A stretch of 64,000 nt of DNA, taken from the NCBI RefSeq assembly GCF_006345805.1, contig NC_043006.1:4464001-4528000 (forward strand). Reading direction: 5' to 3'. The first letter of the stretch is position 1. Each line of letters starts with the position of its first letter. The notes beneath the pieces are model-generated. The model did not search any database. It had not been told where the DNA came from and saw only the letters and a list, made by a program, of their open reading frames with translations. The stretch comes from Octopus sinensis. Lineage: Eukaryota. A program made the position numbers and the translations under genes. This document shows, in pieces, positions 25,624 through 39,033 of the stretch.

Positions 25624-25920
25624 TGTGGAGGCGCAATGGCCCAGTGGTTAGGGCAGTGGACTTGCAGTCAGAGGATTGCAGTTTCGATTCCCAGACCGGG
25701 CATTGTGTGTGTTTATTGAGTGAAAACACCTAAAGCTCCACAAGGTTCCGGCAAGGGGTGGTGGCGACCCCTGTTGTACTCTTTCGCCACAACTTTCTCT
25801 CATTCTCTCTTCCTGTTTCTTGAGTAACGCTGCAATGGACTGGCGTCCCATCTAGCTGGGGGGAACACATACGCCACGGAAACTGGGCCCCTGAGACTGG
25901 CTAGGCTTGAAAAGGGCAAC
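25624..25920 (+). mobile_element. tRNA-derived SINE family C
   Basis: ggaggcgcaatggcccagtggttagggcagtggac...gtttcgattcccagacc with A/B-box-like head; second copy at ~59087-59370. Confidence 0.8.
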
Positions 25921-26189
25921 GTTTATCGTTTTTAATTAAAGGTATTCAATCTATAAATAATATTCCATGTTTTACTCTGGCATATTGTACCTATGACTAC
26001 ATTATCTAAAGTGTCCTTCCTAGCTTAAGAGTGTAAAATATGAATTGAGAGAGATTTTGCTGCTATTACCAGAAGGTTTATAAACCTGTACAGGAAGGTT
26101 CTGTTTATTGCAGTTAATTGGTTCAAATGAATTACTTTAATTTGTGAAAATTGTAATAAATGGGAGTTTAATATAAAAATAAGTCAGTG

Positions 26190-27264
26190 TTGCTGACATC
26201 AGTGGGATATCATGAAATAATAATGACAGAAAAATTAGAGAGCTGTTGACAATGTATGGAGCCCACCATCTGAAAGCTGATATCAACTGGCTGTACTTGG
26301 AGAGAGACCAGGATAGAAGAGGCTTAATTGCCATGGAAGAATGTGTACAGATGGAAAGAAAAAGCTTACTAGAATATTTACAGAACAACACAAAGACTGT
26401 AAATAAGGAATACAATCAAGTGTGGAATTGGAGAAAAGGACAAGAATGAAATTCAAAGAGAGCTTATTAGAGAGATTGAAGAAAAACCTCTGCAGGGTCA
26501 ATTTTGAAGATATATGTGGAACAATATCCTCGACTTGATTAAAAAATGGGGCAATTAAAAAACAGAGAGCCTAAATGTAGCAGCCCAGGATTAAGCAATA
26601 AAAGCAAGCAATTTCAGGAAAAATGTATATGGAGAGAATGTGTCAGAAAAATGTAGAGCCTGTGGAACTTGGAACAAGACAGTGGCACACATTGTAGCAG
26701 GATTTCCCAAGCTGACACAGGAAGAATGGAGGCATGACCAAGTTGTGAAAGTTTTACAGTGAAAGCCTTGCCAGAAATGGGGATTTGAAGTTGATGATAT
26801 GATATGAACATCGAGTCAAAAGAATGCAGGAGTTTGAGAATTGTGAGATTCTGTGAGATTTTCCTATTCAAATGGACAAGAAGCTGGAAAATAATAGACA
26901 AGGAAAAGCAAAGTTGCTTACTAATTGATCCATCATGTCTGTTTGATTCCAGGATTATAAAGAAAGAAGATGAAAAATAAAGAAATACAATCCTTTAAAA
27001 TTTGAAATTGCAAGAATTTGGAATATGAAAACTATAATGGTTGTGCCTATAATAATTGGTGCATTAGGAACTGTAAGCAAAGATATAGACAAATGGTTGA
27101 AGGAGATTGGAATAGAATGTCTCTTAGGGACTGAAAAGATTATCAGGAGGGTCTTAAGCACTTGTTGAAAGACTACTGAAAGATTGTGGATACCTAAGGT
27201 TACAGGTAGCAACCTGCTACGAACATAAATTCTACTTGAATTAAGAATGAACCTGAGTCAAACC

Positions 27265-27300
<36 letters not shown>
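26190..27300 (+). mobile_element. Degenerate R4/Dong-like LINE 3' fragment (restriction-like endonuclease type), (AAT)n tail
   Basis: HHLKADINWLYLERDQDRRGLIAMEECVQME, a CR.C...TVAHIV zinc-knuckle remnant and VVPIIIGALGTV; aat tail at 27266-27300. A short 3' end also occurs at ~14465-14560. Confidence 0.7.
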
Positions 27301-27870
27301 GATGATGCAGTACCAAACAGTGGCTCTCCTCACTTCTGATCTTAACTGATTGGAAGTATTATCACATACATTGTTTTGTCTTGGTATAAAAAATGGGCTA
27401 CAGTAAATATTCTGCTCAATACCACAGATTTGCTTGTCAGTTGTTTGACCTTAACCAGCTGAGCATGTCCCTTAGTGGCTGACGATATGTGCATCTCTGA
27501 TCACGAACAGAAGTAGTGGCGGTGGGGCATCATAGCCATGTGTTGAGAAGGATTCTTTGGGGCTTGAATAATTCACCTTTGGAAACATGGGTATTTCATT
27601 CAATATCCTTAAACAACCCTTATTCAGGGACCTTTTAAGTGGGATGGGCTACTTGAACTGAAGAAAATTCTAACTGGGCCCCACCTGCAAGGTCATGTGC
27701 TGTTTATCTTGATATGAGATCATCATGTTGCACGCATATGATTGTGATGCATGTGCCTGGTGTACCCTTATTAGATGGGTAGTCATGATGGGTATACTGA
27801 GCTTCGTATATTTTACCCCAGTGTCACTTTGATGGCTTGCACTGCTCTCTCACTCAATAATAATAATAAT
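27300..27870. mobile_element. Unclassified interspersed repeat flanked by (AAT)n
   Basis: The segment aaatattctgctcaataccacagatttgcttgtcagttg recurs at ~30085-30240. Confidence 0.55.
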
Positions 27871-29312
27871 AGTGATCCTGAAATTTTGTGGGGGTGGGGT
27901 AGTTGATTACATTGACCCCAGTGCATAACTGGTACTTATTTCATCAACCCCCAAAAGATGAAAGGCAAAGTTGACTTTGGTGGAATTTGAACTCAGAATG
28001 TAAGGACAGATGAAATGCCATTAAGCACTTTGCCCAGCATGCTTACAGTTCGGCCATAATAATAATGATAATAATGATAAGAATAATAGTTTCAAATTTT
28101 GGCACAAAGCCAGCACTTTTAAGGGGAGGAGTTAGTCAACAATTTTGAAGGGAGGAAGTTTGATTACATTGCCCCTCCGTACTATATTTTACTAATCCCA
28201 AAACAGTGAAAGGCAAAGTCAATGGTTTCAAATTTTTGCACAAGGATAGCAATTTTAATGGGAGGAGGAATGCTTAACTGATAATTATTTTATCAACTTT
28301 GAAAGAACGAAAGGCAGAGCCAACCTTGGCAGCATTTGAATTCAAAATGCAAAGCATTAGAAAAAATACCTTTTAGTATTTTGTCCAACACACTAACAAT
28401 TCTGTCAGGTTGCTGTTTTTGCCATAATAATAATAATCCTTTCTACTGTAGGCACAAAGCCTGGAATTTGTGAGGAGGGGACTAGTCAGTTATATCGACC
28501 CCCAGTGCTCAAGTGGTACTTGTTTTATTAACCCTGAAAGGATGAAAACAAAGTCGACCCCAGCGGCATTTAAACTCCAGAATGCAAAGGTGGATGAAAT
28601 GCTGCTAAGCATTTTGTCTGATGCAGCTAACAATTCCATCAGCTTGCTACCTTAATAATAATAATAATAATAATAATAATGATGACGATGATGATGATGC
28701 CAGTGCCATCTGACTGGCACCCATGCTGGTGGCATGTGAAAAGCACCTTTTGTGCATGGCCGATGCCAGTGCCATCTACTGGCTCCCATGCCGGTGGTAC
28801 GTAAAAAGCACCATTTGAGTGTGGTCAATGCCAGTCCCGCTGGACTGGCTCCTGTGCTGATAGCATGTAAAAAGCATCATTCAAGCATGGTCGATGCCAG
28901 TGCCACCTGACTGGCTCCTATGCTGGTGACATGTGAAAAGCACCATTCAAGTGTGACTGATGCCAGTGCCGCCTGACTGGATCCGTGCCGGTGGCATGTA
29001 AAAAGCACCCACTACACTCTCGGAGTAGTTGGCTTTAGGAAGGGCATCCAGCTGTAGAAACCTTGCCAGATCAGATTGGAGCCTGATGCAGCCTCCTGGC
29101 TTGCCATTCCTATCAAACCCAGAGGGATGTAAAACAATCTTGACCTTAGCAGGTTTTGAATGCAAAAGCTAAAAATCAGTAATTAAATACTGCACAATAT
29201 TTTGTTTGATGCTCTAATGGTTCTACTTATCTCATTAACAAATTGATATTGTTATTTCTATTGATAGATTACACTCATTAAAGTTATTGATTAATTATTA
29301 TTTTCTTTGAAG

Positions 29313-29453
29313 AATTCTTCTCTGAAAAGGAAAAGGAAAAACTTGCAAATTTAATGACCTATGGTAAAGAGGAAAATATTCCACGTCCAAAGGTACTTTT
29401 GAGGAAACCAAAAATTGAAGAAGAATTTGAAGACGTTGACCGTTTTGAAGAAC
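29313..29453 (+). CDS. C22orf23: EVG1 homolog, exon 5
   Basis: ttgaag|...|gtaaga; FSEKEKEKLANLMTYGKEEN...DVDRFEE, compare human EKEKQRLQNIFATGKD...LDRFEE. Confidence 0.9.
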
Positions 29454-30669
29454 GTAAGATTATAAACTTTTCTTGGAATGGATAGGCAAAAAATCAAAAA
29501 TAAATAAATCACCGTAATTTTGTAAAATTACATGGAAAGGCGTCTACGTTTCTAGGATTAGAATATTATGTATGAAATATTTATTCTAAACTGTACAACA
29601 AGGATTTGTTCATAAATATAACACAGTGTAAGAAAAAAAATTTTTTTTGTCTTTAGTCAGTGTTATTTCCTATTTGCTTCTATCTAGAAATCAAAGGAAA
29701 TTACTGCTATTCCATCCAAACTTTGCTTTTGTCACCTGGACATCAATGTTTTGAAACTGAACTATGTTCCATTATATATCAGACAGATTCAACGTCGCCT
29801 AACTGGCACCTGTGCCGGTGGCATGCGTAAAAAGATTCGAGTGAGGTCATTGCCAGTACTGCCTGACTGGCCCCCGTGCCAGTGGCATGTAAAAAGCACC
29901 CACTACACTCTCAGAGTGGTTGGCGTTAGGAAGGGCATCCAGCTGTAGAAACTCTGCCAGATCAAGACTGGAGCCTGGTGCAACCGTCTGGTTCGCCAGT
30001 CCTCAGTCAAAATCGTCCAACCCATGCTAGCATGGAAAGTGGACGTTAAACAATGACAATGATGATTCAGCGCTGAGTTGCTGAAGCAGAAATATTATTA
30101 TAGAAAATATTCTGCTCAATGCCACAGATTTACTTTTCAGTTGTTTGACCTTAACCACTTGAGCATGTTCCTGACAGTATGTGCATCTCTGATCATAGCC
30201 ATCGATTGAGAGGAGTTCTTTCGGGTTTGAATAAATGTAGCAAAAGCAAAGTTTGAAGGAAATACTAAGCATTTTCCATACTTTTTAGGGGTCAGAAAAT
30301 AAGAAACAACAGTTGCTGCCCAAGAACAAAATCCGTGTTACACAATGTAATTTATTTCTAGTAAATATTAATATGGTATAATTATAATAATTATTGATGG
30401 CTGTTCATTCTGTAGGAAACATGACTTATTTCTCTTCACAATGAAACCTTTATAAGGAATAGAAAAATACCTGAGGAGAGAAGAGTTTAAGGTTGCTAAT
30501 GAAGTCAATCACTACCCTGGGGACACACAACAAAACAACACCTTTTGCCACCATCAGTTATGGACATCACTACATCATCAATAAAGAAACAAAGTCACCT
30601 CTGCCACTACCATCACCCACCACCATCGCTAATACCACCAGCATCACCACCACAACCGTTATAATAATA

Positions 30670-31180
30670 ATAATAATAATAACGAAATTATTGTATACAG
30701 TGCTCAGGTGCACCACAACTTGTCAAAAGTGCGTATAAAGCATATGCAGTAATGTACAAATGTCTGGGAAGTGAACAGTGTATGAGTCAGATACATGCAT
30801 GTGTGTGTATGGAGGGGAGAAAATCAGGTGTAGTGTTGGCAAATCTCAGGAAGCATGGAAGTTTTGAAGGATGCAGTGCTCCGACAACTAACAACTGATG
30901 CCGGCAGTTTGTTCCATGCTTCAACAACTCTAAGCGTGAAAAAAATGTTTCCTAAAGTCATGGGATTTGTGCTGTTTTCTGACTTTGTAAACATGTCCAC
31001 GGGTGTTAGACGGGTGGAGTTTGAAAAGGTGCTCAGAGTTATTGTTTGTAAGATGGTTAATAATTTTATGGGTGTCTTCCAAGTCAGCTGCCAGACGTCG
31101 GAGTTTCAATGTATCCATGCCCAGGGAAGTAAGGCGTTCAGAAAATGGCAAATGCCTAATGGAGAGTATTCTCTTGGTTG
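30670..31180 (-). mobile_element. CR1-like LINE 3' end
   Basis: PFSERLTSLGMDTLKLRRLAADLEDTHKII...NTRGHVYKVRK...RKHFF matches the CR1 C-terminal pattern. Confidence 0.8.
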
Positions 31181-31824
31181 CACGCCACTACCCATCATAC
31201 CATTACCACCATGGGAATTATGCCTCATTCATGTTTTCCATGATATCTCTCTAAAATATATTATTAGTGTTAATATATTGCAGTTTACATTTTAAAAAAT
31301 TTATGTAACCTAAGTTTTCAGTGTTTTTAATGGAAGAAAGCACAATAAAAATGAAATTAAATCACTATGGAGTCATTTTAACTAATTTTACAGCAGTTTC
31401 TCTTTAAGGTTAAAAACAATAAGAATGTCTTAAGTAAATTCTCTAAGTTTGGTTCTGGTATCCAAAACTCAAAATCATTAATGCACTTCATAGAAATTGA
31501 ACTGTTTACTGCAATGAGGTGTATTTACTGAAGTGTTTACCAAATACATTTAACGAGGAATGAAAAAATATTATAAAAGTATACTTTTGATAATCAAGGT
31601 AGTGATAGTGATGGCAACATCACCACCACCACCAGTAACAAACATAACTACCTCTTCATGGCTTCTACTCTCTCTCTCTCTTTCTCTTCTCATTTACCAT
31701 CATCACCAACAGCTCTACCCTGACTACAAACAATCTCTTACTCCAAGTTTCTCCCTACAGCATCACTGAAAGATGCTCTGTTGATCTTAAACATTAAAAT
31801 AGATATTCTGGGTTTTTTTTACAG

Positions 31825-31925
31825 TACAACAAGAAATCGAAGACAGAAGAACATTCCTTGAGGAAATGAAAACTTTGGGGCAAGATAAAAAATATCGAAC
31901 CATCATAGAAACTGAAATATCTCAG
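31825..31925 (+). CDS. C22orf23: EVG1 homolog, exon 6
   Basis: ttttacag|...|gtaatt; QQEIEDRRTFLEEMKTLGQDKKYRTIIETEISQ, compare human [31 protein letters not shown]. Confidence 0.92.
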
Positions 31926-32019
31926 GTAATTATGTGGGAAATATCAGTCACAGGTAATAACATCAAAAATCCCTCCCTCCATCCAGCCATCTTCTCTGCC
32001 CTTTATTCCTGGGAGGGTC

Positions 32020-32470
32020 ATGAAGGTAGAGTTCTTGAACACCTCCTCCATAGGTACTATCTGAAGCAACTGTCATTAGACTTTCCACCTGGATTCCCAA
32101 GAGCGACCACCTGAGACTGTGAATGTTATCCAATCATCTCATTCTTCATCTACTCCTCAGTCTCCTGCCAGTTGGCTCAGCTTGAGGAATTTGTCTTGCA
32201 ATGTTTTCCTGTGACATTCTAATCTCATGTCCATAGTACCAGGGCTGTGACCTCTCAATGCAGAGATGTTGTTGCTTGACCGGGAGAGATTCCTTGATCT
32301 CCAAGCAATGCACCCTGTTAAGTAACATTATCCTAGAGACCATTCTGAGGAACCCCGTCTCAACCCCATGTATTCACGATCATACTTTTTTTGTCATTAC
32401 CCAACATTAAACTGAAGGTAGAAAATTTGGCCCTTATAACGACCCCTCCACTTCTGTACTGCAGTTGGTG
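32020..32470 (-). mobile_element. Degenerate RTE LINE 3' fragment
   Basis: WYGH..RMSQENIARQI..AEPTGRR remnant. Confidence 0.55.
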
Positions 32471-33085
32471 ATTCACTGTGTCAGCACCTGCAGTTCTACA
32501 ATCCAATTCAGAAATATCACAGGTAATTCATCATCATCATTTAATGTCCGCTTTCCATGCTGGCATGGGGTAGACAGCCTGACTGGAACTGGTAAGCCAG
32601 AGAACTGCACCAAGCTCCAGTCTGATTTGGCACGGTTTCTTTGGCTGGATGCCCTTCCAAACACCAACCATTACCATTTCGATTATGTGAGATATATCAT
32701 AGGTACAATGTCAGAAATACCACAGGTAATTATTGTATCACAAGTGATTATAAATCCATTACATATTTCTTTGAAACTGATCTTTTCTTGCCCAAAATTC
32801 TGTAAGCAATGTTTGACAATTCTTTTTCTGGAAATCAATGATTCTAAAATGTTTGTGAAGTATATGTTTGTCCCTCTTTTCTATATGCATAAACACAAAC
32901 ATATACAAATACATACACACTAGCATATAACTATACATACATACACAGACACATCCATACATACAAACACGTCACATATCCACATGGTGGCTTGTGTTTT
33001 AATAATCCTAATTTTCTGTTTCAATAAACTGATATTTTTTTCCAGTAATCCTGATTTTCTGTCTTTGGGTTCAATATATTTGCAG

Positions 33086-33220
33086 AAAGTTCGAGAAATG
33101 GAAATCATTGATAAACAACGAACAACTGAACTCGAAAAGATGAGAAGTGAAAAATCCAATCAGGAACAACCGAATAATCCCCCTAAACATTGCTCACCTG
33201 ACAAAGACAATTCTGCATAA
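33086..33220 (+). CDS. C22orf23: EVG1 homolog, exon 7 (terminal)
   Basis: ttgcag|KVREMEIIDKQRTTELEK...DNSA*. The seven exons sum to 711 nt = 237 codons with no internal stop. Confidence 0.9.
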   Translation, partial: KVREMEIIDKQRTTELEKMRSEKSNQEQPNNPPKHCSPDKDNSA

Positions 33221-33620
33221 AGTAAGAGTTAACATTTCTGAAGACTGAATACATTGAAATATATTATAAATAATTCTACAAAAACAATGAAAAAATAAAC
33301 AGCAAAAATAAATTAACAAAATGTTCTCTTTTTTTTTTCATTATAAAATAATAGATATTCATGAAAAAATATTTCACAAAATCTACTTTAATTATTTGCA
33401 AAAAATTAAGCCATAAGCATTTTTATTAAATACAAAAATAAGTTGTTTCTTAAAGTTCTGTAAAATACTTAAAAATGACAATAGCACTAACATGAAAAAA
33501 AATCTACTGTGAAGGAAACTGAGTGGCAATTAGTATTACTAATTAGTAATTCTTATTGCTGAAAATCATCAGATACAATTTTCACTTCTGCTCTCACCAA
33601 ATTTCATAACATCTGTTGAA

Positions 33621-33962
33621 TTTACTCTTTTACTTGTTTCAGTCATTTTACTGTGGCCATGCTGGAGCACTGCCTTTAGTCAAGCAAATCAACCCCAGGA
33701 CTTATTCTTTGTAAGCCTAGTACTTATTCTATCGGTCTCTTTTGCCGAACCGCTGAGTTACGGGGACATAAACACACCAGCATCGGTTGTCAAGCAATGT
33801 TGGGGGGACAAATACAGACATACAAACATATACACACACATATATATATACACATACATATATACGACGGGCTTCTTTCAGTTTCCGTCTACCAAATCCA
33901 CTCACAAGGCTTTGGTCGGCCTGAGGCTATAGTAGAAGACACTTGCCCAAGGTGCCATGCAG
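33621..33962 (-). mobile_element. SINE family A, 5'-truncated
   Basis: Reverse complement of the 13151 copy. Confidence 0.85.
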
Positions 33963-34850
33963 TTGAATTTCATTACTGTTGAATTTAATTGAAATATTGC
34001 AATGTCACTCTAAGAATATGCCCAATTATGGCCCTTCTGGTCTTATCTGTTTCTCAAACATGACAGCTTCTTTCTGCTGCACCAACTTTTGCTTCTTTTA
34101 CAATTCTGCTTTAATAACTCTTACTCCCAGAACATTAGAAAATTGCCAGTGTTCTCCTATTAAAAACGGTGACTCCATTACCTATCAAATCACTATCCAG
34201 TCACTTTTACTAGAATTGCCAAACTGACAGAGTAAGAAAAATACTCTGGCACTTCTGGAACTCTCATAACTTTATTTAACCCTCACAATTTGGATTTATC
34301 CTCATCTCCAGCTTCTGTGGCAAACTCTTTGCTTATTCTAGGTGTGTCCTAGAGCTGATGGGAAACTTCATACGAATATTATATTCTCTGTAGATGTGTG
34401 TGTACTGATGTGTTAGTTGTATCCCTTTTTGGCAAAAAGTAACAACTATTCATCATCATTTAACGTCGGTTTTCCATGCTGGCATGTGTTGGAAGGTTTA
34501 ACTGAAAACTGCTAAACTCAGGCGGGGTGGGCTACACTAGGTTCCAATCTGGTTTCTACAGCTGGATGTTCTTCCTAACACCAACCACTCCAAGAGTGTA
34601 GTGGATGCTTTCTACGTGCCACTGACATAACACTGGCATCAGTCACATGCTCGAATGGTGTTTATTATGCGCCACCAGCATGGGTGCCAGTCAGATGGCA
34701 CTGGCATCCGCCACGGCTATGATTTCACTTGGCCTGACAGGTTTTCTCAAGCACAGCATATCACCCAACGTTTGAGGAGTGATTTTTATGTGCGAGTTAC
34801 ACAACACTGGCATTTTACACAACTATGATCTCACCTGACTTGACAGGCAC

Positions 34851-34984
34851 AGGAGTGGCTGTGTGGTTAAGTAGCTTGCTTACCAACCACATAGTTCCGG
34901 GTTCAGTCCCACTGCGTGGCACTTTGGGCAAGTGTCTTCTACTATAGCCTCAGGCTGACCAAAGCCTGAAAGAAGCCCGTCGTA

Positions 34985-35017
<33 letters not shown>

Positions 35018-35238
35018 GTGTGTGTTTGTGTGTCTGTGTTTGTCCCTCCAACATCGCTTGACAACCAATGTTGGTGTGTTTATGCCCCCGTCACTTAACG
35101 GTTCGGCAAAAGAGACTGATAGAATAAGTACTAGGCTTACAAAGAATAAGTCCTGGGGTCGATTTGCTCGACTAAAGGCGGTGCTCCAGCATGGGCACAG
35201 TCAAATGACTGAAACAAGTAAAAGAATAAAAGAATAAG
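34851..35238 (+). mobile_element. SINE family A
   Basis: Same head and tail as the 13151 copy. Confidence 0.85.
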
Positions 35239-35663
35239 CACACCATATCACCCAAGGCCTTGGTTTCTTGTCATTGCCTCCGTGAGGTCCAACATTCAAA
35301 AATCATGCTTCATCAATAATATCAGATTGAGGTCAATATAACTAAATATGTTCTTCATGGTCCTTCCCCAAAATGGCTGCAGTCCAATGAGTGAAACCAA
35401 TTAAAAGAATAAAAGAAATCCATTTCAATTTTTCAGATTATTTTTTATTTTCATTCCTTCTGGACTTTGGTCACTTTAATTTCATCCATTCTCTTACGTT
35501 ACATTTTCAAACTGTATCATTCTTCAAATTAAACTTGGAAGACTTTTCATAAAACATGTAGTTTCTCAAAAATAGAAGACGTAGTTCGTTATGATATCTC
35601 TAAAATATTTTTTTTGATATTTGCTTAAACAACAAAATATAAACATTGTTCAAATGAAGCACA

Positions 35664-35694
<31 letters not shown>

Positions 35695-36147
35695 GCATAC
35701 ACACAGAGTAAGCGGGAACTCACTACAGGATGAGAAGACATGGGAAATCTTTAAAGGAAGAACACCCAACAAGCAAGTGTTTTGGGGTCATTGGTTCCTG
35801 ACACTGTAAGGGAGCCAGGCATAGTGACTCCTGGGTGTACTCTTGCTGTTTTTGAAATGCCACCTTTAGTATGGTACCTCTAAAATTTTTTTTGATATAA
35901 TTTGTTTAAACAAATATTGTTTAAATGAAGGTTATATATAGTTTTGATGCATTCATATATATACAGACATATATTTGATACATTCTTTGGAGCCATATCT
36001 TTAATGGTTTGATTCCACTGAACAGAACTTTGATCAATATTTTGTGAGATTTTTTAGACAGGAGCAGAGAGGAAGATTAATCCAGAATGACTTCTGTTTC
36101 CTAATGACTTTTAATCCCCTATTTTGGGATAATAAATAAACATTGAT

Positions 36148-36204
<57 letters not shown>

Positions 36205-36468
36205 TGCTCAAAACATGAAAAAACTTTTTCTTCATTCTCTCTCTGTTTATTCTCTCTTATTTCTTTCTGCTGAAGAGCACATGCTCGAAACATAAAAGAC
36301 TTTCATTTTCCTGAGCATCAAACTATTACACTTGCTTGTTGTTCATACACCTGTCTTTGTCTTTTGTTTTTTTATAAATTTCAACTATATTTAGTCTTGG
36401 TTGTAAATTGGGCATGAAAGATGACTATGAATTTGCATATTTTTCACAGCTCTCATGTTTTTAGTACT

Positions 36469-37316
36469 TTAATATATATTTTGGGGTAAGGCTGCTCTCC
36501 AGCCAGCATGAAGTTTCTTTGATAACTCTCTAACTAAAGAAGCATATTTTGGATCTATGGCTCTGTTATAGTCAGAAGAGTCGAAGGAGTATAATTCTGT
36601 TGCATGCAAGTCTTCCCATACAGGAGTAAAACTAGTGTGATTAAAACCTACCCATTCTGTATATCTAAAGTCGTTGGTTCTCATTGAATATCCCATGATT
36701 TTGATGTGCTTTAAATGTGGCAACAAACTATCCATTTGAGGGAAATCCGATGGACGGGGATACTGACTGAAAGTTGCCTTTTTCCAATGTCGGCCGACAC
36801 TGTTGGGTAGATTGGGCGATTTCAGGGTTTCCTTGATTACTTTTACTAAACTGACTCCTTCTGTACATACTTTGATTAATGATGAGTTTCGGGGACATAG
36901 CTCAGGTAAAGGTAAACCAACTAGCTCTGCATACGTAGGAAATAAATCTACCAGCTCCACAAAAACGTTACTGACAAACTGAGTGTTTTTAATGAAAGGC
37001 CCAGCAAATTCCCTCTCAATTTGTCTGTGAGAAACGGCATTTAATGCATCTTCTGATTCATTCGTACTGTATTCATTTCCTCTCAGAATGGCATCAACAG
37101 ATGAAAATTTTTTCAGTTTGTTTGATTTAATGTTCAAAGAGTTTTTCAGGGTTTGAGACTTGTTAAAAAATTTGAATGAATCTTGAAAGGGAAAATTGAA
37201 ACCAGGTGCAAAAGGTTTTGAAGTCAGGCCAGGAATATGCATTATAAAAGGAACTCGAACTGCCTCTTCAAAGTTAGAAAATTTAGACCATGCCTGATGC
37301 TCCCCAAGAACCCAGC
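36469..37316 (-). CDS. IDS: Iduronate 2-sulfatase, coding exon 8 (terminal)
   Basis: tttcag|GWVLGEHQAWSKFSNFEEAVRVPFIMHIPG...VELVDLFPT...FSQYPRPSD...IMGYSMRTNDFRYTEWV...LHAGWR...*. Confidence 0.95.
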
Positions 37317-37547
37317 CTGAAAAAGGGAAAGTAGAAATGTTTCAACATTAGAAATCATTAAAAACAATTTGAATTTCTTTAGATTTTCATAATTATCTCA
37401 ATATTGAAAGTGTTTTCAAATTAGCTGAATAAATCACAACATAGAGATATAAATGCAGGAAAATATTCAGACTGTAAAGATGAGTCTAGAAAATTATAAC
37501 CTAAATTACAACACCTCATCTCAAGCATTTAGACATAAAAATATTTC

Positions 37548-38213
37548 TGTAGCATGGCAGTTTCAGCCATTTTGAAATATGACTATAGCGATTTCTAATA
37601 TCGTCACTGTTGAAAGGCAAGGCAAGAAATGATCTCGTTTGAGGTTACAGCCATCTTTGGCCAACTAGTTCCTGTTGTAAACACTAACCTGATTGGTTGA
37701 CACGTGACGCGATTTGTCTCTACTTATTTCGTGCCACTGTCCCGAAATAACCAATCACGGCCTTTGGTTAAGATTCCGTTTTTGAGACTCGTTTGAGCCA
37801 ACCAACCGGTATATAAAGGAGTGTTTTCAGACACTTTTCGTCTTTTAGTTCCAGTTCTTCTAAGAACTAACTTTAGGCCTCAGCGTTACTCAACCAGGCG
37901 ATATACGATTGTTCCGGCTACTACCGGCTACGCTAATGCACACAATCATAGAAAGCCTACTATCTTCCCCGTCGCCATCATCATGTACCTTCTATGCCAG
38001 CCGCATTCACCCTGATTGTCCTGTCACACACAGACACAAGACATGCGAACGCTTACAAACTCCTAACGTTGACACGATTGTAAAATAAACAATATTTATA
38101 TCTCAACAGCAAGGCTTTGTCGTCAATTCACTTATGTTCTATTGTTACTGCATGTATTTATGGCTTGTAATAATTCGTTAAGAGTAGAACCACGTGCGAT
38201 CGTATTTCCTACA
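37548..38213 (+). mobile_element. Candidate solo LTR in the last IDS intron
   Basis: TGTAG...CTACA ends, CCAAT motifs (37691, 37751), TATA-like gtatataaagg at ~37810, AATAAA at ~38084, CpG-retaining. No matching TSD found. Confidence 0.4.
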
Positions 38214-38315
38214 CGACATGACCACATGTGATCCTATTGCTTACATTTCTATGTAAATAGAAATGGGATAATAGCAAAGAAATTCTTAGTTGCATTATAA
38301 GTTGTGTCAACTTAC

Positions 38316-38442
38316 CATGATCTCCAATAATTGAAATGATTGTATTGTCAGCGAAACCATTTTTGTCCAAAGAAGTGAGTAACTGTCCTATCTGACCATC
38401 GGTGTAGCTTGTAGCTGCATAGTAACTCTGAATTATAAGTTT
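38316..38442 (-). CDS. IDS: Iduronate 2-sulfatase, coding exon 7
   Basis: KLIIQSYYAATSYTDGQIGQLL...IIGDHG|gtaag; 127 nt. Confidence 0.95.
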
Positions 38443-38987
38443 CTGGAGAAAACAATTAAATAAAATCTGGCTGTGAATGAATAAAGAATAGAAACATCCG
38501 AGCAATATTGTTTGGCTAACCCACACTTCATTGTTACACATCTTTTTATTATTTCACTCGCCTATTTTTTTATATCATCATCATCATCATCATCGTTTAA
38601 CGTCCGTTTTCCATGCTAGCATGGGTTGGACAGTTCGACCGGGGTCTGGGAAGCCAGGAGGCTGCATTAGGCTCCAATCTTGATCTGGCAGAGTTTCTAC
38701 AGCTGGATGCCCTTCCTAACGCCAACCACACCAAGAGTGTAGTGGGTGCTTTTTACGTGCCACTGGCACAGGTGCCAGATGAGGCTGGCAATGGCCACAA
38801 TCGGTTGGTGCTTTTTACGTGCCATCAGCACGGAAGCCAGTCAAGGCGACGCTGGCATCGGCCACGTACGGATGGTGCTCTTTTAGGTGCCACTGGCACA
38901 GGTGCCACTGGCACAGGGATCACAACTACAATTTCCATTTGATTTTTTTTATGTTGATGTACTTGACTCAATAGGTCTCCTCAAGCG

Positions 38988-39033
<46 letters not shown>

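Noticed and set aside
25624-25700. tRNA genes
   Set aside because: The tRNA-like heads continue into shared SINE bodies, and no complete cloverleaf could be built.
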